A stretch of DNA of 64,000 nt from an uncultured Acidobacteriaceae bacterium (GTDB lineage Bacteria; Acidobacteriota; Terriglobia; Terriglobales; Acidobacteriaceae), in contig CAXSEC010000001.1 in NCBI GenBank assembly GCA_964236325.1, forward strand, positions 53,325 to 117,324, read 5' to 3'. Under the pieces are notes generated by a model. That model was not told where the DNA came from. It saw nothing but the letters and a program-made list of their open reading frames with translations, and searched no databases. A program made the translations under genes and the position numbers. Shown piece after piece: positions 9,801-19,400 of this stretch; position 1 is the first letter of the stretch, and each line of letters starts with the position of its first letter.

Positions 9801-10642
9801 GCACCATCCGTACCCGCGGTCAGCAGCGACGCTGTGTTGTAGATCCTGGAGAAGTCGCCGGGTGCGAGGAAGGTTTCCTCCGGTGCGCCAGGAGAGGTGA
9901 AGTTTGGGTGAGCCGTGAGGGCTGCATCCTGCGGATCTGTTGCTGGAGCTGCGCCCGCAGGCTGCTTCGCGGTCATGGAAGGGATGCGAGAGAGCTTGCC
10001 GTCCGCGGTGCGCGCCACCTTTGCTACAGGCGTGTGCTGCGGCGCCTTTTCGAAGCTGTTCAGGCTCACCAGGCCGGAGACCACGGGCGCGAACGCCGCG
10101 GGGATCGATACTTCTTTTGCGTTGGCGAAGTGGGTCGCGTTCGCCTTCCGGTAGCTGTGGATCTCGGTCTGGAAGGTCTGCTCAACCTGGGCGGCGGTAC
10201 CTGAGAAGCGGATCCATCGTTTGCCCGCCGAGACCTCCTCGATGGTGAAGCCGCTCGCGGCAAGCCACGCGGTGATCTTCTGCAGATCAGCGTCGCTTAC
10301 GCTGAAGCGATCGGCGAAGTCTTTGGCCGTCAACCAGTGCTGGTAGTTCAGCGAGTTCCGATCCTGAACATCGGCGAGAAAGGATTGAAGGGAGGCGGCC
10401 TGGTCGGCGCCGGGCGAAAGCCGGAGAAGGATGTCCTTCATTGCGCGGGAAGGAGAGACGCGGCCAAGATCCTCGGCGCCGCTAATCTGCGGCGGTACAC
10501 TGCCGTGAGCGGAGACTCGCGCATTGAGGTCGAGCGGCTGGCTAATGCGCGAGGCGGTCTGAGCCTGCGTGGCAACACCCACCAGGCAAACCGCGAGAGC
10601 GAGGATACGCAGGCGCAAAACCAGTACGTTACGAAACTTCAT
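6869..10642 (-). CDS. Secreted S53 (sedolisin) peptidase with pro-domain and C-terminal Ig-like repeats
   Basis: Signal peptide after RBS GGAG (start 10642); EAILD, SSGDSG, GGTSAASP, GYDLASGLGS motifs; repeated A.Y.GD.N units. Confidence 0.92.
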   Translation of the reverse strand: MKFRNVLVLRLRILALAVCLVGVATQAQTASRISQPLDLNARVSAHGSVPPQISGAEDLGRVSPSRAMKDILLRLSPGADQAASLQSFLADVQDRNSLNYQHWLTAKDFADRFSVSDADLQKITAWLAASGFTIEEVSAGKRWIRFSGTAAQVEQTFQTEIHSYRKANATHFANAKEVSIPAAFAPVVSGLVSLNSFEKAPQHTPVAKVARTADGKLSRIPSMTAKQPAGAAPATDPQDAALTAHPNFTSPGAPEETFLAPGDFSRIYNTASLLTAGTDGAGVSIAIVGRSDISLSDVEAFRTLFRLPFNDPRKIYVNGNPGLVPGDEEEAILDTEWSGAVAPKATIHYVIASSTDDTDGVDIASAYIVDHVTAPIMSVSFGTCEQGLSQNEIDFYHDLWQQASAEGITVLVSSGDSGSSSCDVPSAYLATPYPLGVNALASTPYNVAVGGTEFADTNLNTYWAVAPARDQSTAKGYIPETVWNESCNPSLPISLDNCYFSPTSEGTYAGGGGASSCSVHPDGSTPGIRIGLYACQSGYPKPAWQVGRGVPQDGVRDLPDVSLAAAGAHDGYLICFNGSCQWTTNPDGSFTLEQAAVVGGTSAASPSMAGIMALVEEKNGTFQGQADYKLYDLAQKQGTSGACNASTLTDPSRPDECVFHDVTGGANTLSCVFGNQDCTVPAAGSTLFGLLSGYSATPGYDLASGLGSVNAANLVKAWSSLPSSETSTTLSVSRTHFVHGAAVTVASHVTPAAGAGSPTGEIALLVERGSAPTGPVFAGSLVSGSFQQSINSLPGGTYKLLASYGGDAHFDASTSAPVTLTVAPEADSLTVGTFIPARFIILGRRPYLPGDETALGNLFYVQVQVTSASGAGTATGNIELLEGAKHLGTYPLDNTGAIYVPCGPNTPCDLARGQHNLTARYTGDSSFTPSTSNFPFIVDQGLVNIAAGLSAGTAPAGSTVIASVDFAYDPIALPTGRVTLTRDDTGAVLAVGSVGPNGAAIIPFRAQPGSYNVVPAYAGDANYQQGVLESYQHFTTEITGAASTTIAVTLSSLTSSLGASTQVNVAVSPVKKSASFPTGTVTLHMINGSATTPFNLIGGHVSTFIPWSTAGPQTFYATYDGDPNFAGSNSPLLTVQVAKATPALALQARKSVVRQGVEVSLSALLSTSLSPAVVSLPTGLVQLYDSWNGAAARPLGQPQTLNTGNGDSLLVTIAPVLGVGSHMITALYEGDNNWTRAEGGPINVQVLPSAATAPTVP

Positions 10643-11418
10643 TGTGTCTCCTGAGAACACGACGCGGAGTACGCGATCGACAGACGCGGGGAATGAAAGG
10701 CATGGCGGATAGCACTGATCTTGGGTGCTAGTCATCCATCGCTAAGCAAAACGACTGTGTTGGCGGTTTCGGCAACCAACACAGCCACTTTCGTTGAAAG
10801 AGAGGTTTGTGAGAAGTGTATCGACACAGGCGTGGGATGGACAGCAGAAAGTTGGCTCATCGGAGGGCTAGACATCCAGCACTCTGAAACGCCAGGTTGC
10901 ACCACGCTGAGTGGCTAGCACAGAGGCCAACAAACCTTTACCAAGGATTGCACTTGCAACCTGCGAATTTCCGGCCTGCAGGCGTAGAGAAGCCCCTGTA
11001 CCTGACGCTCACAGGTAGATGACGCCAATCAACTGCTTGTCTGCCGGGGGAAAGCCTCCCTCTGTCTTCAGAGCTGCGCCGGCGAAGAGCCCGGCTCTAC
11101 CCGCAGCTTCCAGGCCGCATTTTTCGCGCCTGCGGTCAGGATGCGAATACTGCCCCGCCCCAGCGTGGTATTGGCTGGTGCAATGTCTTCCGGGTTCGCT
11201 CCCGGCGCTCCCGGTCCAGCTCGCCCAGAGGGCGCTTGCGCACCGCTCCCGGCACCAGTCCGAGATCATCACGCCGCTCTTGGAACGTTGAAAGCCATCC
11301 CGCCACAGCCGTTTTCGTGCGGGTGCTTTCGTCATGCCGTACTTGTGCATGACGGCTATAGAGACTGCTAAAACCTGGCTGGAGTGCGTCCACGCGATAC
11401 GTCTGTCCAGAAGACGCG

Positions 11419-12831
11419 TCAGCAGATCTCCTCGAGTGATTTGCGTTCGGCGGCAACCCCCCAGATTGCCTGAGCGACGCCTGCACAGATCATGATCACG
11501 GCGCTCGCCATAAAGCCGTAAAAGATGGGTGTACGAGCGTTGCGGTTGAGCAGGGAGCCAAAGATCAGCGGGCCCAGCACTCCGCCCAGTAGCGTCCCGA
11601 TCGCGTAAAAAATCGCAATCGCGGAGGCACGGATCTGCTGCGGGAACAGCTCGCTGGTGGTGAGATATGCGGAGCCTGCAGCCGAGGCAGCGAAGAAGAA
11701 CGATACCGCCCACCAAGCGACCTGTGAGACGGCCGAAAGGTGGCCGTGCAGGAAGAGGAGGCTGGACGTGCCGAAGACTACCCCGGTGATGCAGAAGTTG
11801 AGCGCAATCATAGTACGGCGGCCGACGGAGTCGAAGAGGCGGCTAAGCAGGACGGGGCCGATGAAGTTCGTAAACGCGATGGGCAGGAAGAGCACTCCAG
11901 CATGGGCGGCGGAGATGCCGTAAAAGCGCAGCAGGATCAGCGTGCTCGAAAAGAAGACGGAGTTATAAAAGAAAGACTGTGCCATCGTAAGGGCGAGGCA
12001 GAGCAGCGCGCGGCCACGGTGGCGCGGACCCAAAAGCTGCGCGACGCGGGTAAAGAGGTTTCCGGTGCTGCGATGGACCTCGATGGTTCGTTTAACGGGC
12101 GGCTGTGGCCCGTGCTGTTTGGCGACGGCGCCTTCAATCTCCCCTACGATCGTCTCGGCTTCCTCGACGCGTCCGTGGGTCAACAGCCAACGCGGACTCT
12201 CCGGGATGTGTCGACGCAGGAACAAGATGCCGATCGCGATGGGCAAGCCGGACAGCATGGCGGCGCGCCAGCCAAGGCGCAAGCCGAAACCATGATCGGA
12301 CAAGAAGCCGACTGCCACGAGGGAACCAAGGATGACTCCGATCCAGAAGCTGGAGCCAATGATGAGGTTCGCGGCGCCGCGTACACGTGCGGGGATCAGC
12401 TCGTCAATGGCAGAGGTAATAGCCGTGTATTCGCCCCCGATCCCCGCGCCGGTGATCGTCCGGCAGAGAGCGAAGGTGGCCAGGTTCCAGGAAAACGCGG
12501 TGAGCGCCGTGGAACAGGCGTAAACCGCAAGCGTCCAGAAGAAAATGCTTTTGCGGCCGAAGCGGTCAGCCAGAAAGCCGAAGACGAGCGCACCAATAAC
12601 GGTGCCGGCGAGATAGCCGCTTGATGCGAAGCCGAGCTGGCGGTCAGTAAGGTTAAGCGTTGTGGCGGACTTGAGCGCGCCGGAGATCGAACCGCCGACG
12701 CCGCCTTCCAGACCGTCCAGCAGGAACGTGATGCCAAGCGCGAGCGCCCTACGCATGTGCCAGCGGCTCCAAGGCAAGCGGTCCAGGCGCAGGGGGAGGT
12801 TGGTTTGGAACGCCTCTTCGGTGCTCGGCAT
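11419..12831 (-). CDS. MFS transporter
   Basis: RLDRLPW, GFLADRFGRK, GIGGEY, PESPRWL, SELFP motifs; start at 12831 has RBS AGGAG. Confidence 0.9.
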   Translation of the reverse strand: MPSTEEAFQTNLPLRLDRLPWSRWHMRRALALGITFLLDGLEGGVGGSISGALKSATTLNLTDRQLGFASSGYLAGTVIGALVFGFLADRFGRKSIFFWTLAVYACSTALTAFSWNLATFALCRTITGAGIGGEYTAITSAIDELIPARVRGAANLIIGSSFWIGVILGSLVAVGFLSDHGFGLRLGWRAAMLSGLPIAIGILFLRRHIPESPRWLLTHGRVEEAETIVGEIEGAVAKQHGPQPPVKRTIEVHRSTGNLFTRVAQLLGPRHRGRALLCLALTMAQSFFYNSVFFSSTLILLRFYGISAAHAGVLFLPIAFTNFIGPVLLSRLFDSVGRRTMIALNFCITGVVFGTSSLLFLHGHLSAVSQVAWWAVSFFFAASAAGSAYLTTSELFPQQIRASAIAIFYAIGTLLGGVLGPLIFGSLLNRNARTPIFYGFMASAVIMICAGVAQAIWGVAAERKSLEEIC

Positions 12832-12931
12832 GCGTCGACTCCTGAGTTGCAGATGCTGGCGGTTCGAGACAGACAACTACGGCTGTTACAGCAGACTCGT
12901 ATAGGTGACAACAAAACAGAAGCGGGTGCCG

Positions 12932-13855
12932 TTACCGGATGAGTTGAGCCAAAGCGTGCAGGTCCCGTTCGGCGTGCGATTGGCGAGTGTATAGGTCGGC
13001 TTCGGCGTAGCGGCGGGCGACAGACTGGTTCATGGCCAGCGGCTGCGGGCCATAGGCCCGAGCAAAGCGACGGAGGACGTCGGTGGCGAGCTGCTCGGCC
13101 GTGTGGCGCAGGGCGAGCGCGCGAATCTGTGCGGCAGGGATGTCGGTCGGTGCTGCATCCATCTCATGCGCCGCCTGCGTCAGGAGCGATCGTAAGGCCC
13201 AGACGTTTGCATGCATGGCTCCAAGGTGGGCCAGCGTGTGAGGATCGTCGCGCTTGTTTGCCATGGCGGCGTCGAGGAGACCAGCGACGCCGCCCGCCCA
13301 GCACGCGGCGGGCCCGCAAGCGCCATGCCAGAAGCCGGGACGTGAGAGGTACCAACCGGGCTTACTGATAACGGAGGCGGCAGGGAGCACGGCTGAGTTC
13401 AGGGTCAGGCCACCGGTTTGCGTGTCGCGAAAGGCGTCGACCTGCCAGGTCGTCAGGTCGGCTTCGCAGTGTTCCCAGTTGGCGCGCAGGTCAAGGTCGA
13501 GCAAGAGCGGGTCCGCCCCGCCGGTGGTCATGAGTGCGCGGTCGACCAGGCCGATGCCGCTGCAGAACGCCTTTTGTCCGGAGATCGTGTAGCCGTTGGT
13601 TTCGGGGCTAAGCTGGAGCGCATGGCCGGGGATTTCCGACGCCCAGACAGCGTAAAGCGCATTCGGCGCAGGTTTGCGGCCGGCCTCAGCAAGGATTGCC
13701 ACTGCATCCCAATGCGCTTCGGCGAGCTTGGCCAGCGTAAGATCTTCACGAGCGACCTCAAACAGTCGCAGATGACGCGCGGCGGTCTGGCCGGCAGCAG
13801 GCAGCGGCAGGGTTTCGCGGACGATTTGCTGCAGGCGTTCGGCGAGGACGCTCAA
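12932..13855 (-). CDS. Short acyl-CoA dehydrogenase-like flavoprotein
   Basis: LAEAHWDA, SGQKAFCSG, FWHGA.G.AACWAGG, RQSHAERDL. The TTG start overlaps the GT stop (TTGA) and follows GGAGG. Confidence 0.8.
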   Translation of the reverse strand: MSVLAERLQQIVRETLPLPAAGQTAARHLRLFEVAREDLTLAKLAEAHWDAVAILAEAGRKPAPNALYAVWASEIPGHALQLSPETNGYTISGQKAFCSGIGLVDRALMTTGGADPLLLDLDLRANWEHCEADLTTWQVDAFRDTQTGGLTLNSAVLPAASVISKPGWYLSRPGFWHGACGPAACWAGGVAGLLDAAMANKRDDPHTLAHLGAMHANVWALRSLLTQAAHEMDAAPTDIPAAQIRALALRHTAEQLATDVLRRFARAYGPQPLAMNQSVARRYAEADLYTRQSHAERDLHALAQLIR

Positions 13856-14574
13856 GCGGGACCTCCGTTGTGCGCGGCCAGTGCGACGGCAAAGCCGTCC
13901 GGGGCACGTCCGACACGGCGTCCGCTGGTCAAGACCGACAGCCGTGTGTCCGCGGTTGCGCGGTGCCGGCCTGCTTTCAGCCGATTCCACAGGTCGTGGT
14001 CTTCCGCGATGCGCAACGAGCCCCAGCCACCCGCGGCAACATAAGCGTCCGCACGCACGCCCAGGTTGGCCCCGTGGACGTGGGGGTGGGTGCCGTCCGG
14101 GTGAAGGAGGTAGGACAGGCGGAAGCGCGTGGGAACTTCGGCGTCGTGTTCGGCAAAAGAGTCCACATCGATGATGCCGGCCACAGCGACGTACCCCTCC
14201 ACGGCGAGTGCGAGCTGGTCCACGAGCCACGTTTCAGGGACCTCGCAGTCCGCGTCCGTGTTGGCCAGCCAGCAGCGCTCTGCCGGGGCTGCGGCGCGGC
14301 TGAGGGCTGCTTCGGCAGCCAGCGCGCGCGCGGCTCCCACGCAGGCTGCGTCCGTTTCGATAACCAAGCCGGCTTGCCGGGTCATTGCGGAGGCGATGCG
14401 ATAGGTGTCGTCAACTGAGCTGTCCGCGACGACAACCAGGTCGAAGCTGACGTTTGAGGGAAGACGACGTTGCGCCGCAAGAACGGAGCGCAGGCAGCGT
14501 GCGAGCAAAAGCTCTTCGTTGCGTGCGGGGATCAAAACGGCAATGTGCCAGGCTGCATTGCTGAGCGGGTTCAT
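13852..14574 (-). CDS. Glycosyltransferase family 2
   Basis: LIPARNEE, NTDAD (DxD), GANLGVR, AED motifs. Confidence 0.9.
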   Translation of the reverse strand: MNPLSNAAWHIAVLIPARNEELLLARCLRSVLAAQRRLPSNVSFDLVVVADSSVDDTYRIASAMTRQAGLVIETDAACVGAARALAAEAALSRAAAPAERCWLANTDADCEVPETWLVDQLALAVEGYVAVAGIIDVDSFAEHDAEVPTRFRLSYLLHPDGTHPHVHGANLGVRADAYVAAGGWGSLRIAEDHDLWNRLKAGRHRATADTRLSVLTSGRRVGRAPDGFAVALAAHNGGPA

Positions 14575-15845
14575 CGGCGCACCAGGCGATCCAGGCGAAA
14601 GGTGGGGTGACGCTCGGAGTGATCGAGGGCTAACGACGGCAGGGCGAGCAGCGCCGCATGAACCTCATCGCCAGAGAGCGTGTGATCCTTCGAGTAGCCG
14701 AGCCAGTGGGCAGCGAGGACGGTCGTGCCGGGTCGGAGCGGCTCGATCATTGATTTGGCGAGTGCCATCCATTCGGCAAGCGGAAAGTAGTAGCCGATCT
14801 CGCTCAGAACCAGGAGGTCAGTCGTTGCGCTGGGCAGGACATCCGGCATGGAGGCGCACTCCACCGTGACGTGCGGCAGGCAAGCACAGCGCTCACGTGC
14901 CCGTGCGGCGGCGGTTGCAGAGAAATCGAGAGCATGGACGTGGTCGCATAGCAAGGCTAGCCGCTCCGTCAGCACGCCGACAGAACAGCCGGGCTCGAAC
15001 GCGCTGACATAGCGTTGATGCGCAAGCGCGCCAATGATGCAGTCATAGCGGAAGAGCTCTGAAGGCTTGGACGAAAAGCTCCAAGGATCGGCCTCTTTCT
15101 GGTACTTTGCTTCAAAAAAGGCCGGAGACGAGGTAAAGCTGGGAACGCTGCTGACGGGGATGTAAATCTCAAAGGCGCGTTCCGCCGGCTGAAGGAGACG
15201 AGCGGACAGGATTGGCTCGCCGTCTTCGTGGGACATCTGGGAAGTGTGCGCGGCAAGCGCGTACAGCTTCGTCGCGCGCTCGGCTTCGGTCAGCGGAAGC
15301 GCGGTCAGAGGTAAGCCGGCCAGCGTTTCAGGCGTCCCACGATGCCATGTCCAGAAGAGATAGTAGAAGAGTGGAACATTCGCCTGGGCAGCAATCCGCA
15401 GGGCGGCGCGTCCGGCAGCTTCGTGGTCGGGGTGAAAGTCATGCGGCCATGGCGCGATGATCTGCGTGCAGCCCTGTGCGACCAGGCGGAGCGCCGCGAC
15501 GAGCTCCTCCTCGTGCTCAGAGACGAAGCGATCCGGAATGCCAAGCCGCTCGATCATGGTCTCGTCAACACCAAGCCTTGTGAGCGCTTCGGTCTGCTCC
15601 GGCACGCGCAGGCGGTTGAGGTCGGGGGTGTCGGCGTAGGCGCCTTCGCCGTCCGTGATCGCCAACACCATGACCGGGACTCCGTGCGCTCGCAGACGAG
15701 CGATTAGACCGCCGGCACCTAGCGTCTCATCATCCGGATGGGGTGCGAGGACAATCGTCGGCACTAGCGGCGGTGGCCAGTGCGGGACGTCGCTAAGGCA
15801 AGAGAGCCAGTCGTCTTCGGCGGTGATCGGGATGATGGTAGGCAT
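14571..15845 (-). CDS. PIG-L/LmbE deacetylase fused to a NodS-like SAM methyltransferase
   Basis: APHPDDE and HPDH metal motifs; C-terminal DPW.F...FEPGCSVG (SAM motif I) and SEIGYYF. Confidence 0.9.
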   Translation of the reverse strand: MPTIIPITAEDDWLSCLSDVPHWPPPLVPTIVLAPHPDDETLGAGGLIARLRAHGVPVMVLAITDGEGAYADTPDLNRLRVPEQTEALTRLGVDETMIERLGIPDRFVSEHEEELVAALRLVAQGCTQIIAPWPHDFHPDHEAAGRAALRIAAQANVPLFYYLFWTWHRGTPETLAGLPLTALPLTEAERATKLYALAAHTSQMSHEDGEPILSARLLQPAERAFEIYIPVSSVPSFTSSPAFFEAKYQKEADPWSFSSKPSELFRYDCIIGALAHQRYVSAFEPGCSVGVLTERLALLCDHVHALDFSATAAARARERCACLPHVTVECASMPDVLPSATTDLLVLSEIGYYFPLAEWMALAKSMIEPLRPGTTVLAAHWLGYSKDHTLSGDEVHAALLALPSLALDHSERHPTFRLDRLVRR

Positions 15846-15866
15846 ACGTCAGTACTGGCGGGCGCT

Positions 15867-17339
15867 TCAGACGCGGGTTTCCTGCCACTTCCCTCTCAAA
15901 AAGAATGTACTGCTGAGTACCAGGGCAAGCGCCTGGGCGACAAGTATTGAGACGAAGACGCCGTTCAGCTTCAGTGGCGTGTGCGTGGAAAGAAACCAGG
16001 CCAGAGGAATCTCGATGACCCAGAAGCCAACGAGGTTGAGATACGTGGGCGTGACCGTGTCTCCCGCGCCGTTGAATGCTTGCAGGAAGACGGCTGCGAA
16101 AGCGAAGAAGAAGTTGCCATAACAGAAGACGCGCAAAGCCACCACTCCGGTTGGAATCACGGAGGGATCATGCGTAAAGAGGCCCACAAGCCTGGGAGCG
16201 AGCAGGATAAACAGCAGGCTCAGGCTTCCGAGAAAGCCGAAGCTGAGTACGCCGGTGCGCCAGACAGAGCTTCTTGCCCGTTCCGGCGCCTTGGCCCCGA
16301 GGCTCTGTCCAACCAGAGTCGCGGCCGCATTGTTAAGGCCGAAGGTAGGGAGAAGGATAAAACCCGACAGCCGAAATGCGATGGTGTATGCCGCAATAGC
16401 GACCGCTCCGAACAGACTGACAATACGAACAAGGGCAAGCCAACGGCCCTGCTCAAGAACGAATTGGAGGGCGCCGGCACCGGAGATTCTAAGATAGGAA
16501 AGCATCTCCTGGAGGTTGAGCCGCAGGTGCTTCGCTTGAATGTGGAGCCGCTCGTTGCCGCGGCCCAGCCGGTAGAACTGGTATAGCACAGCGCATCCTC
16601 GACCGATCAGCGTTGCCACGGCAGGGCCGGTGACGCCGAGCTTTGGGAATGGACCGACGCCGAAGACCAGCAGAGGATCCAGTACGAGATTGATAATGTT
16701 GGCGACCCAAAGCAGGCGCATGGCGATCGCGGCGTCGCCGGCCCCGCGGAATAGGGCGTTGGAGAGCGAGATCATGATGATGACGCCGCATGTGCCGAGT
16801 GCAATGTGCGCGTAGTTGGTGCCGATGGCGAGCACAGGCGAAGTGGCACCCATCAGGGTCAGCAGCTTGGGCGCGAGAAAGAAGAGCGGAACTCCAAGCG
16901 CGATGCTGACCATCAACCCCGCACCGAGCGCCTGTACGGCATCAGTTGCGGCCTTGTCATCGTCATCTTCGCCTATGCGCCGTGCGACCATGGCAGTCGC
17001 CGCCGTGCTTAGTCCGGAACTGATGGCGAACACTACCGTCAGTAATGACTCCGTCAGACCCACGGCCGCGATCGCGTCCGGCCCGAGCTTACTGACCCAG
17101 AAGAGGTCGGCAATGCCGAATACCGATTCGAGCGCCATCTCGAGCATCATGGGGATGGCCAACAGCGCGATCGCCTGGTTGAGGCTATACACCGCGTAAT
17201 CAATCTTTGCGCCAGCGAGGGACTTCTTGAATAGATCCCACATGGTAAAGCGCTGCTCTTTGACGGTAGTTGTCTCCTCCATGGCCCCAGATTCCATTAC
17301 CTCTTTAGTGGATAGGCATCTAGGTGGGGTTGTGTTCAC
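15867..17339 (-). CDS. MATE family efflux transporter
   Basis: LAIPMMLEM, ALFRGAGD, NLVLDPLL, GAVAIAAY, AFNGAGDT; the true start may be about 17297 or 17282. Confidence 0.9.
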   Translation of the reverse strand: MNTTPPRCLSTKEVMESGAMEETTTVKEQRFTMWDLFKKSLAGAKIDYAVYSLNQAIALLAIPMMLEMALESVFGIADLFWVSKLGPDAIAAVGLTESLLTVVFAISSGLSTAATAMVARRIGEDDDDKAATDAVQALGAGLMVSIALGVPLFFLAPKLLTLMGATSPVLAIGTNYAHIALGTCGVIIMISLSNALFRGAGDAAIAMRLLWVANIINLVLDPLLVFGVGPFPKLGVTGPAVATLIGRGCAVLYQFYRLGRGNERLHIQAKHLRLNLQEMLSYLRISGAGALQFVLEQGRWLALVRIVSLFGAVAIAAYTIAFRLSGFILLPTFGLNNAAATLVGQSLGAKAPERARSSVWRTGVLSFGFLGSLSLLFILLAPRLVGLFTHDPSVIPTGVVALRVFCYGNFFFAFAAVFLQAFNGAGDTVTPTYLNLVGFWVIEIPLAWFLSTHTPLKLNGVFVSILVAQALALVLSSTFFLRGKWQETRV

Positions 17340-17614
17340 AAAGTCTAGAGGATCAGCCGGTCAAACATTTGGCGGTTAACTTGGAGGTGGAGTAACGCGT
17401 TCGATCCGTGCGGCTCCTGTCTGATGATGCGTTCTAGACGCCGCGAGCTTGTTCGGGACAAGATCTACCTCTTGCCGACGAAGCAGCTGTCATTGTTGCT
17501 GGCGATGGAGCGACTTAGCAGGACGTATCGCAGCCGACTAGCTTGACCGCCCTCCTCGCGCCGGCGCAACGTTGTCGTCTTTCTCACCTCTGACAAGATC
17601 CAGGGCCTCGCCGG

Positions 17615-17940
17615 CCTTTCCTGTCGGTGTTCCCGCTGCTGAAAGCCATTGGCCTTCGTGCGGATAGGTTACATAGCTACACATTTTGCCCGCCTTCTCT
17701 AATGCCGCGGGTCTTCTTCCCGTGCATGATTAGCAGAGGCGTGTGAATGCGTAAGACGTCGGGCAGGATATGTGCTTTGCGATAGATTGCCAGCTTCTCC
17801 TCCGGTGTGCCGCCATCTTTGTCTCCCAACGGAGGGCTGAGTTGCGATTGGTGTACTGAAGAAAGAGGCGCGATCCACGACACCAAACATCTCAATCTCC
17901 GCGGCGAAGGTAGCTGGCAGCTTGGTCACAGCATTGGCCA
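17615..17940 (-). pseudogene. C-terminal fragment of an S9 prolyl-oligopeptidase family protein
   Basis: Read across frameshifts: VANAVTKLPATFAA.IEMFGVVDR / GGTPEEK..IY / TPLLIMHG-EEDP / ALEKAGK..YVTYPHEG-xGFQQREHR. Confidence 0.75.
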
Positions 17941-18985
17941 CCGACGGTCCAGCCTCCAGCGGTCGCATTGAGCAGCTTATTGTGCAGGCGAGGTTGCAGG
18001 TACAGCAGGTCTGCCTCGAGGTTAGTCGCGTGTCGAAGTCCGTCGGTCCGTAGGAGCCGGCACCAGTGGAGCCGCTGCTGAACTGGACAGGGTTGAAGAT
18101 GGTGCCGAACCGCGATGCCTTGCTCCAGGTGTAGCTCACCTGTCTTTGCAGGTTATGCACGAAGGCATGCTGCTCTATGACCGTGAGCCCGTTACAGTTG
18201 GAGTAGCCTGCGTCTGAGATTTGCGTCGCCGTGGAAAAGCGCGGATCCGGTGTGCTTGGCGGCAGCCCGGTAAAGCCGTTTGGATACAGTGTCGGATTTG
18301 AGACATAGGCATTGGCGGCTGCGTTCGTTAGTGGTCGTCATAGCCATGATTGCCTCTGTACGAGAAGGTGATAAAGTCGTGCCCCGTCAACGGCTGCTCT
18401 ACTTCCCCACTCCACTCCAGAACCTTAATGATGCGGAAGGTGTCCGGGTTGACGTAGAGCGTCGGTGTTGCGAAGGTTGTTCCACTAGGCACGGCGGCAC
18501 GAATCTGCGTCAGCGTTCCACCCTGTGCGAAGCCGGTCTGGAAGGCCTGGTTCGAGGCGATCGCGGCAGCCTGCGCACTGTCCGCGGCACTCGCAAGGCC
18601 TACCGTTCCTGTACTCGCGATAAGCGAAAACTTGTTGGGGACGTTGCCAAATACGTTCGCTGTGTTGCTTCCGGCGATGGTGTTCGCAAACAAGCCCACA
18701 CCTCCGCGGGTAACTGTTCGCCTTCGCGCAGCGGCGAGTAGGCAAAGCAAATCGTAGCTCCGTGCGATTCCTTCGAAACGCTTAAAGTTCTCGGCAAGCC
18801 AGTCTGGAGTGTCTGGTTGTAGGAGACAGAGAGGCCGGCCTGATATCCCGAGGCGAGAACGCTGTGTTTGCTCGGGAGTAGCAGTCTTCTTTGCAGGAAG
18901 AGTTGCCTTGCAGCTCAAAACGAACGCCGTAGGTTACATTCAGGTTCTTGCGCAGCTTCCACTCATTCTGTGCATAAAGGCGTCG
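17940..18985 (-). pseudogene. Internal fragment of a TonB-dependent receptor (Oar-like)
   Basis: Read across several frameshifts: YAQNEWKLRKNLNVTYGVRFE, FAYSP..TV.RGGVGLF, EWS.EVEQ, SY.GNHG, SYTWSKA, DFDTR, GGWTVGG. Confidence 0.8.
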
Positions 18986-19400
18986 ATCGTTCGCTTTCCA
19001 AGACGCACCTCGCTTTCAGCAAGGAAGGTCGCGATTGCATGATGGAGGTCGGCGGGCTGGACTTCGTCGTCTCCCTAGTCATCTGACCCGGTTTGATGGC
19101 AATTTAGGTTTCCTCGGGTAGGACCATGCCGAGCGACCCACCGTGGAGATGGTGGTCGCGCCTCTACTTGTCCGCCAAGGCCTCCTGAGCATCGTTTCCT
19201 ACCGGCTCATACACGCGACGGCCCTGCGTGCGGTACTGGAGATAGTAATGGGCTTCAGGGTGGTGAACGGCTTAGCCGCCTATAATGCCGGTGAGAGGCT
19301 TGAGGCGACCATCACGATGAAATACAACGGGTACGTAACGGTGCTTGCCGCTGGCGGGTCTTACGCGCAGTATAAGGATTGCGGTGTTAGCTCTGGACAT
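18986..19400 (-). pseudogene. N-terminal remnant of a tyrosine recombinase/integrase
   Basis: ATG 19400 reads MSRANTAILILRVR..RY.PVV..DGRLKP...HHPEAHYYLQY...GRRVYEPVGNDAQEA, then HAIATFLAE...KRTIDA. In-frame stops at 19274, 19166 and 19106; no catalytic domain. Confidence 0.65.

Noticed and set aside
11009-11340. Possible IS66 tnpA/tnpB remnant (LWR...SG..ISDWCRER, LRVEPG, IYL)
   Set aside because: The motifs are short and in different frames, and no terminal inverted repeats or transposase are present; not supportable.
13856-14230. N-terminal extension of the 432-aa ORF 12932-14230
   Set aside because: Arg-rich, non-protein-like sequence overlapping the GT2 gene; the start is better placed at TTG 13855.
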